A stretch of DNA of 43,848 nucleotides from Vermamoeba vermiformis. Its lineage: Eukaryota. The notes below the pieces were generated by a model that saw nothing but the letters and a program-made list of their open reading frames with translations, made no database searches and had not been told where the DNA came from. The translations under genes were made by a program, and so were the position numbers. The stretch is taken from contig JBEWZL010000002.1 in assembly GCA_045837725.1 (NCBI GenBank), positions 62,001 to 105,848 on the forward strand, read 5' to 3'. This document shows, piece by piece, positions 10,420 to 21,359 of the stretch (the first letter of the stretch is position 1; each line of letters opens with the position of its first letter).

Positions 10420-12391
10420 CTAGAACTTCATTTGTGTATTAAAAACAACATGGCCAAAGCGCTTCACGACCAAGTAGTGTTTGCCGGTCGCATCCGTATC
10501 AAAAAAACTCCTAGGCGGCGGGGAATGTTGGCCGTAGGTGGTGCGTCGTGAAATCTCACCAATTGTATACCCGATCTCCCATAAGTACGGCTGTTACCAA
10601 TAAAAATTTAGCGCTCAGATCCGTGCATGGTAGAATAAGAATTATGAATGAGGACTTACTCGCATTCTCATGGTATTCGGACCAAAGAGATCTTGAGTAG
10701 AGAACCATATAAAGAGCACGTGACCTTCGGGACTACTCACAACCCCGTTCATTTTTTTGTCGAAATTAAGCTTTGCAAGTATTTTCGGCTGTTCTTCTGC
10801 AATGCTTACAACGCGCATGCGATCACCCTCCGCATTCATCACTGCAACTTTCACTGAAAACAAATCATTCCCGATTAGCTCTTTGTCGGCAAAGATACAA
10901 TCAAATTAATTAACTTACGACTCTTTGAGATCCAACTGAGCGCACAAGCCTGGTCGACGAACAAATGAACGCGTTTTGTCGTCAAATTTACAAAGAATTC
11001 TCCGTTGACACTTGACACGTGACAAAATGTCATTGGCACGCCGTTGACATGCATCACTCGAACTTCTGCGATTTGTTCGATTCGGGTCACTAGAGTAACA
11101 GCTCATATTAATCATATGGTGGTCCTTATAATATGAATCGCGGTATTACCAGCAATTGCATTTCTACCCATAGTTTTGTTTTTAGCGCCGTATTTTTCGA
11201 ACGGGACTTCGACTGTTGATTCTTCACCGCTATTCAAGTCTATAATACGTATCTAATACTATCGTTAAATCGATGTTATTATTATGCCATATGATTGTTG
11301 CTTACACTTTCAAAAGTCGTAAAAAGAACGCATCTAGTGACTTCGCACCAATAAAATTCTGACGCCTTTGACTCCATACTAATATCGCGAACGAAACCAC
11401 ATCTAAATAAGGAAATTTATTAGAAAAAGTGCAAAGATTAACGATAGAAAGTTTTTCATGAATTTACGAATGGTTTACTAGTGACGTACTTTTTCTTGCA
11501 GAGCTCTTCCTTATTTGCAGCCGATTTCCATTTGTGCTCATCAGTATGCTTGCAATCGATCGTAAAATTCCATAATTGGAGCTTGGTACCCATCTAAATG
11601 GAGAAATCATGTTGTCAGATCCCGATCTCAATCGTATTGTACATTGTACTTACCAAAATAAGCACATAATTCTGCGAAAATCCGACAACTCTAGTTAAAT
11701 GTGGTTTGCACCACACAGGAGGGCAATAAAAATAAAGACTAGCAAAGGGTTTCCTTTTGGCTCTGTCTCGGTAAAATATTAAGGCGTCAGGCTTACGATT
11801 CACCATTGAATATTTTTCCTTGGGCAAGCACTCCATGTACTACGATTATAATTAATTAACTAATGGTGCCAGGTATTCCATGAGGCTTGGCTTACATGGA
11901 TGATACGGTTCGTAATATGAAAGTGTCAGGGCTTGGCTTGCTAAAAAACACCTACACATATTAAATATTCTACTCTATTCTATATTGATAATTACGTACT
12001 TTTTGAATTTTAGGAGCTCAGAGCCACGAGAATACTAAAAAAAATAAAATTACAATTATTATTCCTGCATCCGTTAAATAATTTTGCGAACGCTTTTAAA
12101 TAATACGTACAATATTTCTCCAGTTAATAATATTGCCTTTGAATATTTCTTCATTCAATGGACCAAATTTCTCTTCGACGATCCGTTTCCAAATTCCACG
12201 AGAGTCCAACAATCCTGCAAAAGTCTTCGAGACTTGTGATGCATTGACGACATCAATTGGTGATAAAAATGAAAGAACCGCGTGCGTGACTTCTGGCGGT
12301 AAGATCTCGCTAAAAAAATCAACTAAAAACAAATCTTAGCCAAAATGTACAAGTATTATAATGACTCTTTACTTGTGGTGTGTTCTTCCAT
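10420..12391 (-). CDS. F-box domain protein (multi-exon, unassigned C-terminal region)
   Basis: ATG at 12391, then F-box DFFSEILPPEVTHAVLSFLSPIDVVNASQVSKTF...IWKRI. Downstream minus-strand exons are bounded by GT-AG; the last exon PYLWEIG...NTQMKF* ends at 10420. Internal splicing was not fully resolved. Confidence 0.75.
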
Positions 12392-12517
12392 TTTAAAAGA
12401 TGCTGAGAGATACACAGGAAGAAATTTTTGAGAAGAACTGGACCTTGCGCTGAATAATCCGAACGAGAAACTGATAAGAATCAACGGGCATAACCATCGA
12501 AATAACAGCTTTATTTG

Positions 12518-14372
12518 TTAAACAAACGTGTCCAGTTCAAGTTCGCCGCTGGGATCATCCGAGATCGATCTTCGGTGGTATTGCCGGATTATGCTATTTA
12601 TAGCCTTTTTGAGTTTCAGATGCCGCTGGAAGTACCATCGCAGCAAGACTTACGTCTGCCTTCACTTCACGGCCCCTTTTTCATCCCCTTTAGGGTCATA
12701 TTCGTGCTCGACAGTGAAATTGAATGCTTTGTAGTGTCGAACTGGATCTGACAAAAGCTGTCCATCCGCTAGGACTTGCATGAACTGCATAGCATCCATA
12801 TTCATATCAGGAATATACTGCATAGTTCTGATCGCACATAATAGGGATCAATGTCGTTGTAGCATATGTTCTGAAGGCAGGCAGTACAATGATAACTGAC
12901 ACCCTTTTCCCTGCCTGGTGCGAGTATATTGCATAGCGATGTCCCTTGCACAACAACACTATATAAATGGTTATTATTAAAGCAAGCAATTATGAAACGC
13001 ATTAATTACGTACATTCTCCTGGATGCAGATCCGCCACCGTTTCACGGGTCACTTGAGTGACGTTAAACTTGATTCGTAATGCCCCCATTAAAACGCTAT
13101 AATAGTGTTACTGGTGTTTTATACACGACATATAATTGAGTACCTGTTGGCTCTATCAGTAGAGTAGATCTGTGCCAGCGAAATCATTTGTCGCTCCAGT
13201 ATCATTTGAACGTTTGTTTGACTGCGCGACAAATAAAATTCCGCTAAATCTTTCGGCAAATTGTTAACGAAATTAAGGGCTCTCTTCCAAGATAAATGAG
13301 GTACTGCCCAAGAAACAAGCGTCGTTGAACCATTGTAAAACACAACTATTTTTGCAAAATCGTGAGAATTAGCTGCGAAGATATTGGATAATTCCTATTT
13401 TAGGAAATTAAGGTTCTTACTGTCGCTTTTTCGTCCAATACAGTAACAATCGTTCATAGATCCGTTCAAGTAATGACTTGAGGCTGTAATGTCTTCAATA
13501 GGCAACTCTAGGTCAGACGAAAACGAAAAAATGAACTGAGAAAGAAAAAATCCTAGCAAAAAAGATGTAAGAATAAAGTTTATCGTGGATCTGATCCAAT
13601 AGATTAGATCCGTACCTGAGGCAAACCAAGCTGCAGGATTTAATTCGCGATCCTTCACGTACTGGATATGAGTCGAGTTCATTATTTCAAATAGAGACGT
13701 TCCTTGTAGCGTGATAATACTTTGGGATTTGTCTGGTGCTCCAGATCTCCTGATTCGCGTACAAATTTTGAATATGCTTTATATCCTCAATTCGGCGAGA
13801 ATCAGATAAGTTTCTATCAAATTTGTTAAATTCGTTGTTTTAAACTGTTATTCCGAACTTATTAACCCCAGCGAGAGCCAACAGCTTATCGCAGATCTTC
13901 AAAACGTTTCCGCGGATCTGTTCGCGAATATTTGCATCGTTGAAGCTATTAAAAGAAGGGTATGTCGAGGGCCAATATTTTGCCATCGCTTGTAGCTCTC
14001 CACGAGAATAGACAAAGTCCTTATTTAAATCGTCCTTCCATACATCATCGTGAGAAGACTCTAATAACCATAATATCGCAGTATCGTCTTCGATATTAAT
14101 TTTGGCTTCAATATTATCGGCCGTGGTTTGCTCGAGATGAGTATCAACCGCTTTGTCCTCTTGGATTGGATCTAAATAATTGTCAATAATTCAAATAATT
14201 ATAAAAACGGATCAAAATACATCAAATAAATTATTTTGATTTTAATATTGGGTCAAAACAATAATTAAAATATTAGTTCTTGAGATAGACACTTACTAAA
14301 AACTAAAAATCCAATTAGTAACGCCAATACAACACCAAACTCAGGCTTAAATAAATAATTAAGCGGCCACAT
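12518..14372 (-). pseudogene. Probable decayed gene for an N-terminally anchored protein of unknown function
   Basis: First exon MWPLNYLFKPEFGVVLALLIGFLVF followed by a GTAAGT donor. Protein-like minus-strand segments follow but are interrupted by stops (13899-13901, 12662-12664, 12650-12652) and apparent frame changes that I could not remove with plausible introns. Confidence 0.45.
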
Positions 14373-14482
14373 GGTGGCTGAGTTACTGCGATTGTGGTGT
14401 TCAACTCAACATAAAAAAATACTGTCATGCAACTGATTTATACAATTTAAACAAGTATTTACATTTATAGGTGCGGATTTTG

Positions 14483-17400
14483 TTAGTCCAAGTTCAACTC
14501 GGTAGTATCCAACAAGTGGTAGTTGTACCAATTCAATACAACAGGACCAAATGTAGGGAAGAACTTGAGAGCGTCGAGGCAGATCTTGCGGATCGGCTCA
14601 ATGGACTCAGAGCTGCATTCCAATGCGCCATTGTACAATAAAGTAGTAACTATTGCCTCCTTGTTACGCGTGCTAGGAGACAAAGCAAAGTCCAAAGCAG
14701 TTTGTCCGTTGAAGTTCTTCAAGTCGAGATCTGCTCCTTCCTTCAACAAACGCTCAACAGTCTTGATTTCACCGCTAGTAATGGCCATCATCAACGCGGT
14801 GTTACCAACTCTGTCGCGGACGTCAACGCTCAATTGCAATTCTTCGCGGCTCTCGGAATCACGAAGAGACTCCATCAAGATCTTGGGATGGTTGAAGTCA
14901 ATGATGAGACCGACAGTCGGATCGAAGCGCATCTCCAAGTCATCTTTGTAGCGTTGGACCATATCGAGCAGCTTGGCAAAGTTGACTTTAGTGCTGGCGG
15001 ACATCGAGGACGATTGCATCTTTGCAATGGTAGAAGCGCTAATCTCGGGCTTGGACGGGCTGTCAATTGCCACGAACGAAGAAGAGCCAGAAGACGAGGA
15101 CGAAGGCACCTTCTCGGGGAGCTGAGACACGTGCATTGGCTCAGGAGCAACAGTGGGTTTGGGGCTGCTCGAAATGACTCTGAAATCGGGCTTGGGGCTC
15201 TCGCCAACAGGCTTTATGTCGTTTGTCTTGGGGCTCTCGGCAGCTGGCTTGATGTTCATTGGCTGAGAGCTTGAAGGCTTGCCGGTAGGAATAGGCACAG
15301 CAGGTTCAACCTTCAACTGGGCAGGTGGGTTAAGCGAGACTTCCTTGGTCATCGGGTTGTAGTAATAGAATCCACCAGCAGGGTTTTGAAGTGACTTCCA
15401 TGGCCAAGGCAATGACTTGCTTGGGCTGTCAGGCTTGGGTTCAGGCGTGTTACCTTCGATCTTGACGAAGTCAGCGGCCTCTGAAGGCAAAAGGCTATCA
15501 GCTTGCAAGCTCTGTTTTATGTCTTGCACGACTTTGTCCCAGGCCTCAGCAGCTTTGGTATTATCTTCGGGCTTGGGCTCTTCGGGCTTCTTGATATCGA
15601 CAGGTGAGCTTTCTTCGGGCTTCTTGATGTCGACGGGTGCGCTTTCTTCGGGCTTCTTGGGGCTTGTCTTGGGCTCAACCTTAGGCACCTCGTTGAAGAG
15701 AGGCTTAATGAAGGAAGAAGGAATCTCTTCGTCTTCTGCATCGTCGTTGGCTTTGTTGATCGAGAAACCAACGGTACCGTGGTTGCGACCCCAAACGTAG
15801 ATATCATTCTCTCGGGTCAAGCAAAGAGCGTGAGCAGGGCCAGCGATAACTTGAGTGGCCATGTAGAGAGGCAACTGAGCCAAGCGTTGAGCACTCAAAG
15901 TGCCTTCACCAAGACCCAATACGGCCTTGCCATAACCAACGGTGTGAACGACATTCTTAGTGTCGATGAAGACAGCGTAGTGGTTAGCAGCAGAGAACAA
16001 AGTGGCCGAGAAATCGACCTTGTTCTTCTCAACGGTCAAGGTAAGCTTCTTCAAGCGCTTGATGTCTTCAGTCTTGAAGAAACGCACGTGCAAGCCGTAG
16101 GCAGCAACGAGGGTAGTTCCGTAGATAGCTGCGTCGGTGAAAGTGATGGGAGAGTTTCGCTTGTCAAGTGGGTTTTGAACGATAGTGATCTTCTCGAAAC
16201 CCTTGGCACGGCCAGTCCAGAGCCAGATGTTACCGAAGAAATCGACGGCAGTAGGAGTGCGCAAAGAGGCATGCACTTTGAAGAATCGGGTTGGCAAATT
16301 CAACTTTGTAGGAGTTGGAAAGACCTTGCCAAGAATATCACCCCACACCCAGATTGCGTCGTCTGTCCAAATTGTTAGCACGAGCAGTTTAATCGAAACG
16401 CTATCTTACCTGTTGACAAAGCGAAGTTCTGGTTGCCAACGACACTAATGTGACGGAAGAAATCGTTCACGAAGAGCTTTTGTGGTGTAGTGAACTTCAT
16501 GGGAGCACCAAAGCCAAGTGCCTCATTACCAGCACCCCACACGTACAAATTCTTTTGGGTGCTCAAACCGACAGTATGTTGTTCACCAGCAGCGACTTCG
16601 ATGAACTTGATCGTAGAATCGATGCAAGTAGGGGCTTCTTTGTTGACTTCGTAACCGTTTCCAAGTTGTCCGGCAGTACCCTCACCCCAAGAATAGACCG
16701 AGCCGTCAGCTGCAAGCATGTTAATGACCCCTACAATATCATAGTATTGAATATTACTTACAGGTACAGAAGACAGAGTGACGACCTCCAGCGGCAATAG
16801 AAACGATTTCCTTCTTGGGCACGTTGGGAACTCTGGTCGGCACGTAGTAGTAATCGGCTAGAATAACATTAGATACAAACCGAAGCTAACAAGTGCGTTG
16901 ACTTACGAGCTAAGAGTTGCATAGCATTCAAACGGAACGTGCAAAATTTTCTTGAGCAAACAGACGATTGCTCAGAGTTCGGGTTGTCAATATGAACACC
17001 GTCACAGATGACGCAGAACGAAGTCATATACGGCAAGCGCTCACTAAATCAATCGTTAGCTTATAACCCAGGAATGATAAGATTGCAACTTACATAATGT
17101 ACTCGCGCATAGCGACGTACAATCCTTGATCTGCGTAAGTTGCCTTGGCGTTATTCAAAGCGGTAATTTTGCTAGAGACGACGCCGAACACTTCGATAGC
17201 TTTCTCTAGGTTATTGTCAACCTCAAGTAAAGCAGGTCCGGCAAACTAAACAAAGTTAGATCGCTTGTGCTTTCAAGGTAATAAACCACTCACCTCCGGA
17301 TCGAAACCCATCTCGACCAATTCGTTCACTTTATGATAATCGATCTCTTTCTCGTTCTCAGCGACGTTATTTGTCAAGAGAGTAATCAACTTTTCAAGCA

Positions 17401-17531
17401 TGCCTAAATATTTGAATTATTAATTCAAGTTCAGTAAACATTCTGTGTGACATACTTTCCACTTGGGTACGCACGGGAAACTTCTCAAGAGTTCCATTTT
17501 TGCTCAAATGAAGCACCTTTGGAGTTGTCAT
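14483..17531 (-). CDS. Multidomain protein: UBA-like, PARP6/8-type Cys/His module, RCC1 repeats, WW-like domain, ankyrin repeats
   Basis: LVEMGFDPEFAGPALLEVDNNLEKAIE (UBA); FCVICDGVH..VCSRKFCTF; IAAGGRHS/VYSWGEGTAGQLG/VAAGEQHT/VIAGPAHA (RCC1); LPWPWKSLQNPAGGFYYYNPMTKEVSLNPP (WW-like); DRVGNTALMMA/NFNGQTALDFA (ankyrin). Confidence 0.85.
15579..15659 (-). repeat. 33-bp coding tandem repeat (about 2.5 copies), KKPEESxPVDI
   Basis: Plus strand: tcttcgggcttcttgatatcgacaggtgagctt / tcttcgggcttcttgatgtcgacgggtgcgctt / tcttcgggcttcttg. Confidence 0.9.
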
Positions 17532-17743
17532 TAAACTGGAGAAAAAAATTAGTAACGAAATTGAAAAGACTTTTCCTTTTGTGCGAATAAAAATATATAT
17601 AATTCTTCGATTGATTTTATCCACCTTATCATAATTGCGCAAGACGTTAAAAAAAGCTTTAAAAGTCTTGCATCTCAGCCACACTGAAATTTCCAATATT
17701 CTCTTATTTTTATAAGATTAAACTTCGTATAATTCCTTATCAC

Positions 17744-17995
17744 TTACCGAATAATAAGTTTTGAATCGAGACCAATGCCCCACTTTTGCATTAATTTGTT
17801 CTCAATAAATTCCACTGGCAGATCGACTAAAAACTCAACGTAACCACCGCGCAGTTCTTTGATGGCTTGCTCTCCATATTTGGTTGCAAATTTTTTTATC
17901 CACTCGAGCTTTTGATTGTCCTCGAGTGGAAGATCAATCTCCTCATCGATCTCGTCATCTGAGGAGACTGGGTTTTGGTCTTTTGTGTTGCTCAT
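17744..17995 (-). CDS. Small acidic hypothetical protein (~83-91 aa)
   Basis: ATG-initiated, protein-like ORF flanked by AT-rich spacers. The stop overlaps a GTAAGT donor, so a short terminal exon near 17670-17705 is likely. Confidence 0.55.
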   Translation of the reverse strand: MSNTKDQNPVSSDDEIDEEIDLPLEDNQKLEWIKKFATKYGEQAIKELRGGYVEFLVDLPVEFIENKLMQKWGIGLDSKLIIR

Positions 17996-18186
17996 TGTAA
18001 TTAAGATTTAAAAAAACAATCAAGCCAGAAAATATTCAAGACACGCAACTGGTGAAGCACGTGAAAAATCTGCGAATAAAATTGGAACACTTTTCCGTTG
18101 CAAGCCCGCGCAAACGAGCTTTGTCAAAATTTAAATACTTTCCGAGACTATGTACATGATTTATACAAACTATATATGCATACTGC

Positions 18187-18820
18187 TTATTGTTTTGCTG
18201 GTCGTTGCAAAGCCAGTTGGTTGTTTGGTTGGAGGGTTGGATCAACACCAGGGCCGAATACACGCGCGTATTCTGCCTTGAGCTCCTTGTATCGTTGCCA
18301 CAATAGGTCGCGTACTCTGTTGTATTCATCCTTCTCCCATCCTTTGCGCATCTTGCGGCCCAAACGCAACTGGTTGAAGAAGCCCAAGGTGTAGAAGATT
18401 CCACAGCCTACACCGAGATAGGACAAGCCTTGCAAACCAGGCGAGCGAATCATACGTTCGCCGGTGGCTACGAGAAACGAGTTTCTATGTGTCAACTTTC
18501 CTGCCACTAATAACGAGAGGATTGACGCTCTAAAATACGCTCCTTTCTCTTCACCATTCTTGATCTTGATACTGTATCAAGGTAATTAGGTGAAACATTC
18601 AAATATCGACTAGTCAGTAGGACGTACCTCAGTGATTTTGTATACAGAATGAGAGCAGAGGCTGGTAAACAAGCAGTTAGTAATTAAGATCAAGTGCGTG
18701 TCTCTTTTCACAGAGCCTACCTCCAACAATATTCAATACAGGAGTAAAAGCCAATGGTACGGTTATTACAGCATGAGCAAGGCAGGCGTACGAGAAAACT
18801 TTGATCGGCGCGTCAGTCAT
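18187..18820 (-). CDS. Hypothetical membrane protein (three exons)
   Basis: ATG at 18820, MTDAPIKVFSYACLAHAVITVPLAFTPVLNIVG. Two GT-AG introns with CTAAC/CTAAT branch points join it in frame to the 18187-18507 ORF. Several hydrophobic segments. Confidence 0.7.
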
Positions 18821-19532
18821 CTGATCGAGATTAGAGTGAGTTCAAAAAAATGGTTGATTTTTTTCAAGACAAGGTGGGTGCAGGAACAAATATAACAGCC
18901 CTAAATTCGCAAATATCCATGAAATAAAAATACCAGCGACTCAACGGGCTGTAAATGAAGCAAATCCGCTCGTGGTTGGCAACAAGCGGACCACGATTGC
19001 ACCCAACCAACTAATAACATGAGGACTTACCTATTAGGAGGCCGTTGTGTTCATTAGTCGACGTGTACAAGCAAGCTGAAGGGCAGCCAAAAATTTGACC
19101 GTCAAAGTTTCTGCCAATCACTTTAATCCAAATGGCGAAATCTCCAGTGAACTCTAAAAATTTGACGACCAAATTTATTCGGGCGCCAAAACGGTCATTT
19201 TTTTATTTTTTCGTTACTCACCAAGTGCACGCAAGGCCGAAGAAGCTCGAATTCACCTTCTATTGTGCCGTTTTTGTATAATATAAGTAGGTGTCTTGTT
19301 AAATGTTAGGTAGAAACGAAAAATTTCTCGCGCCTAAAGCGAATCTCCGTTATTTTTTCACTTTTTATGACCCTTTGCAAATCGATCAAACAGCACATGT
19401 ACCATTTATTTTGTATATTGGCCGTATTTTTAGCTCTTTTTGTACGCGTCAGACCCCGTAATGACGTGCTGAAATAAAAAAATCCTAATAATATTTTGTA
19501 AATAATACTAAATTCCTTCTTTATTCTTAAAG

Positions 19533-20727
19533 ATGTCGGCATTAAAAAGGAGTGCACGAAGACGAAAGGAACGATATTATGATTCATACGAAGAGGAAGA
19601 TGATTTGGATGTTTCAGTAAGCAGACCTCGACGAAGGGCTGCCGCTTCCGACGTCGTAACACCTGATGATATGAAAGCGTGCTTAGATATTTTAAATGAG
19701 CTTATGGATAATCCCGAGGTACGTCTAAAAATTGATTTTAAGGCGTCCTAATGCGAAATTTACAGGCTCCACCTTTCAACCAACCTGTCGATTGGGAGGG
19801 GATGGGACTTCCCGATTATCCTGCAGTTATCAAGTATCCGATGGATTTAGGAACAGTTAGAGATTTATTAACAGAGAATCAACTTGCGGATCCAGATCAC
19901 TTCGCCGAGAACGTCCGATTAACATTCAAAAATGCTATGACGTACAACATTCCCGGTTCATATATTTATACCTCAGCAGAGACTTTATTAGAAATATTTG
20001 AACGGAAGTTTGCTAGCTGGCAGCGAGCCCGAGACAAGGGTAAGACAAGCATCACTTTTACTCGTTCTGGGGCTAACTTGACCGCAGGTTTGGCTTCACC
20101 GGAGGTAGTAACAACAAGGTCTCGAAAGAGCAACGTAAATAGCTCGGGCCCGATCGACGAAGAAGCACAGCTCCGAGAAATGAGAGAAGTTATCGAACAA
20201 ACAAAAGAAGCAATTGAATACTTACAACGAACCCTTGAGATGGTTCAAAACACTCACACGGCAATTTTGCAACAACACAATATCGAACAGAAGCCTAAGA
20301 TGAGGCGTATTAAGCTATCTCAACCACCCAAGCCACTCACTTACCAAGAAAAAGAAAACCTTGTCAAACAAATCACCCACTTACCTCCAGAACAACTACC
20401 TGGCCTTCTCGATATTATTAGTGCCTACAGCGCTCAAGTACGTACCATTTGACCTGTTTCACGATCATAGCTAACTCATGCGCATAGGAGGGAGACGATC
20501 AAGGCGAAGTCGAAATTGATATTGAACGTCTAGACGACCGAACTTTGCGCGCTGTCCAAGCTTACGTAAACGAGTGTTACAAGAATATGCCAGGTATGTT
20601 TATAGTTCCCGAGTAGTAGGTCTTATTTGCTGACTATTGGCCAGAACTTCAACAAGCCGTCGAAGAAGCGGAGGCGGCCGCTAATGGCGAGCCTAAAGTG
20701 GAGGCCATGGACATTTCTCAGACCTAA
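19533..20727 (+). CDS. Single-bromodomain + ET (NET) domain protein, BET/GTE-like
   Basis: Bromodomain PPFNQPVD..GLPDYPAVIKYPMDLGTV..FKNAMTYN; ET domain PLTYQEKENLVKQITHLPPEQLPGLLDII...EVEIDIERLDDRTLRAV; four exons; stop at 20725-20727. Confidence 0.92.
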
Positions 20728-21359
20728 ACACTACTAGGTGTAAATAATAACCACACGACAAAAAGTATCAAGAGATTATAATTGTAATCTTTTTTTACCA
20801 AATAACTTTATTTAAATAGCATCCAACATCCGCCTGCCCACCTTCGATCTCAAAAACAACCACAAATTTTGCGAATAATAGAGAGAATCGAAAGGTAGGG
20901 AAACAGGTGGATGTTGGGCGCTTGTTTGTTAATGTATTATCACCCAAGTAAAAATTCAAAAACCAAAAACGGCTCCTTGCGATAACAAATATTTAACTTT
21001 TCCGACGGTAGTTGGAACAACAGGACATATTATTATGAGATATTAGATTACTGAAGTTATTATAATAAGAGGAAGACCAAGAAGCGTAACGTTTTATTTT
21101 ACATCTGGGATTTACAACAGAAATAGCAAGCAGAGGAATAATAATTAAATTCAAACGAGGATTAGTGTTAATATACAACGGGGATTCAAGTTTCAGGTTT
21201 GTGTTAATTAAATGGAAAATGATCTGCTCATGATATTGATAAAAATTTATTTTAGAACATCAGTAGAAATAAAAAAAGCAGCAAGGAACAGAAAGATTAG
21301 TGATATTTGCGACCAATCAAATATATTTGAAATATTTCAAAAAATAGAAGTAAAATTTA

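Noticed and set aside
10103-10551. ORFs 10103-10396, 10254-10442 and 10357-10551
   Set aside because: They overlap the tRNA-Ala gene, its A-rich terminator and the last F-box exon on the opposite strand; the Lys-rich content comes from the A-runs.
12518-14372. Stop-codon reassignment or readthrough as an explanation for the in-frame stops
   Set aside because: TAA, TAG and TGA each terminate intact genes in the window, and conserved genes have no internal stops.
15579-15659. 33-bp repeats as a CRISPR-like array
   Set aside because: Head-to-tail in-frame coding repeats without spacers, in a eukaryotic exon.
14523-16800. Several long plus-strand ORFs (e.g. 14702-15274, 15779-16378)
   Set aside because: Antisense shadows of the codon-biased RCC1/ankyrin gene, with no recognisable motifs.
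20728-21359. ORFs 20993-21178 and 21212-21421, and a CATCCAACATCC/GGATGTTGG inverted repeat (about 20820-20920)
   Set aside because: AT-rich spacer or 5' UTR of ZNFX1; the ORFs are low-complexity and the inverted repeat is short and imperfect.
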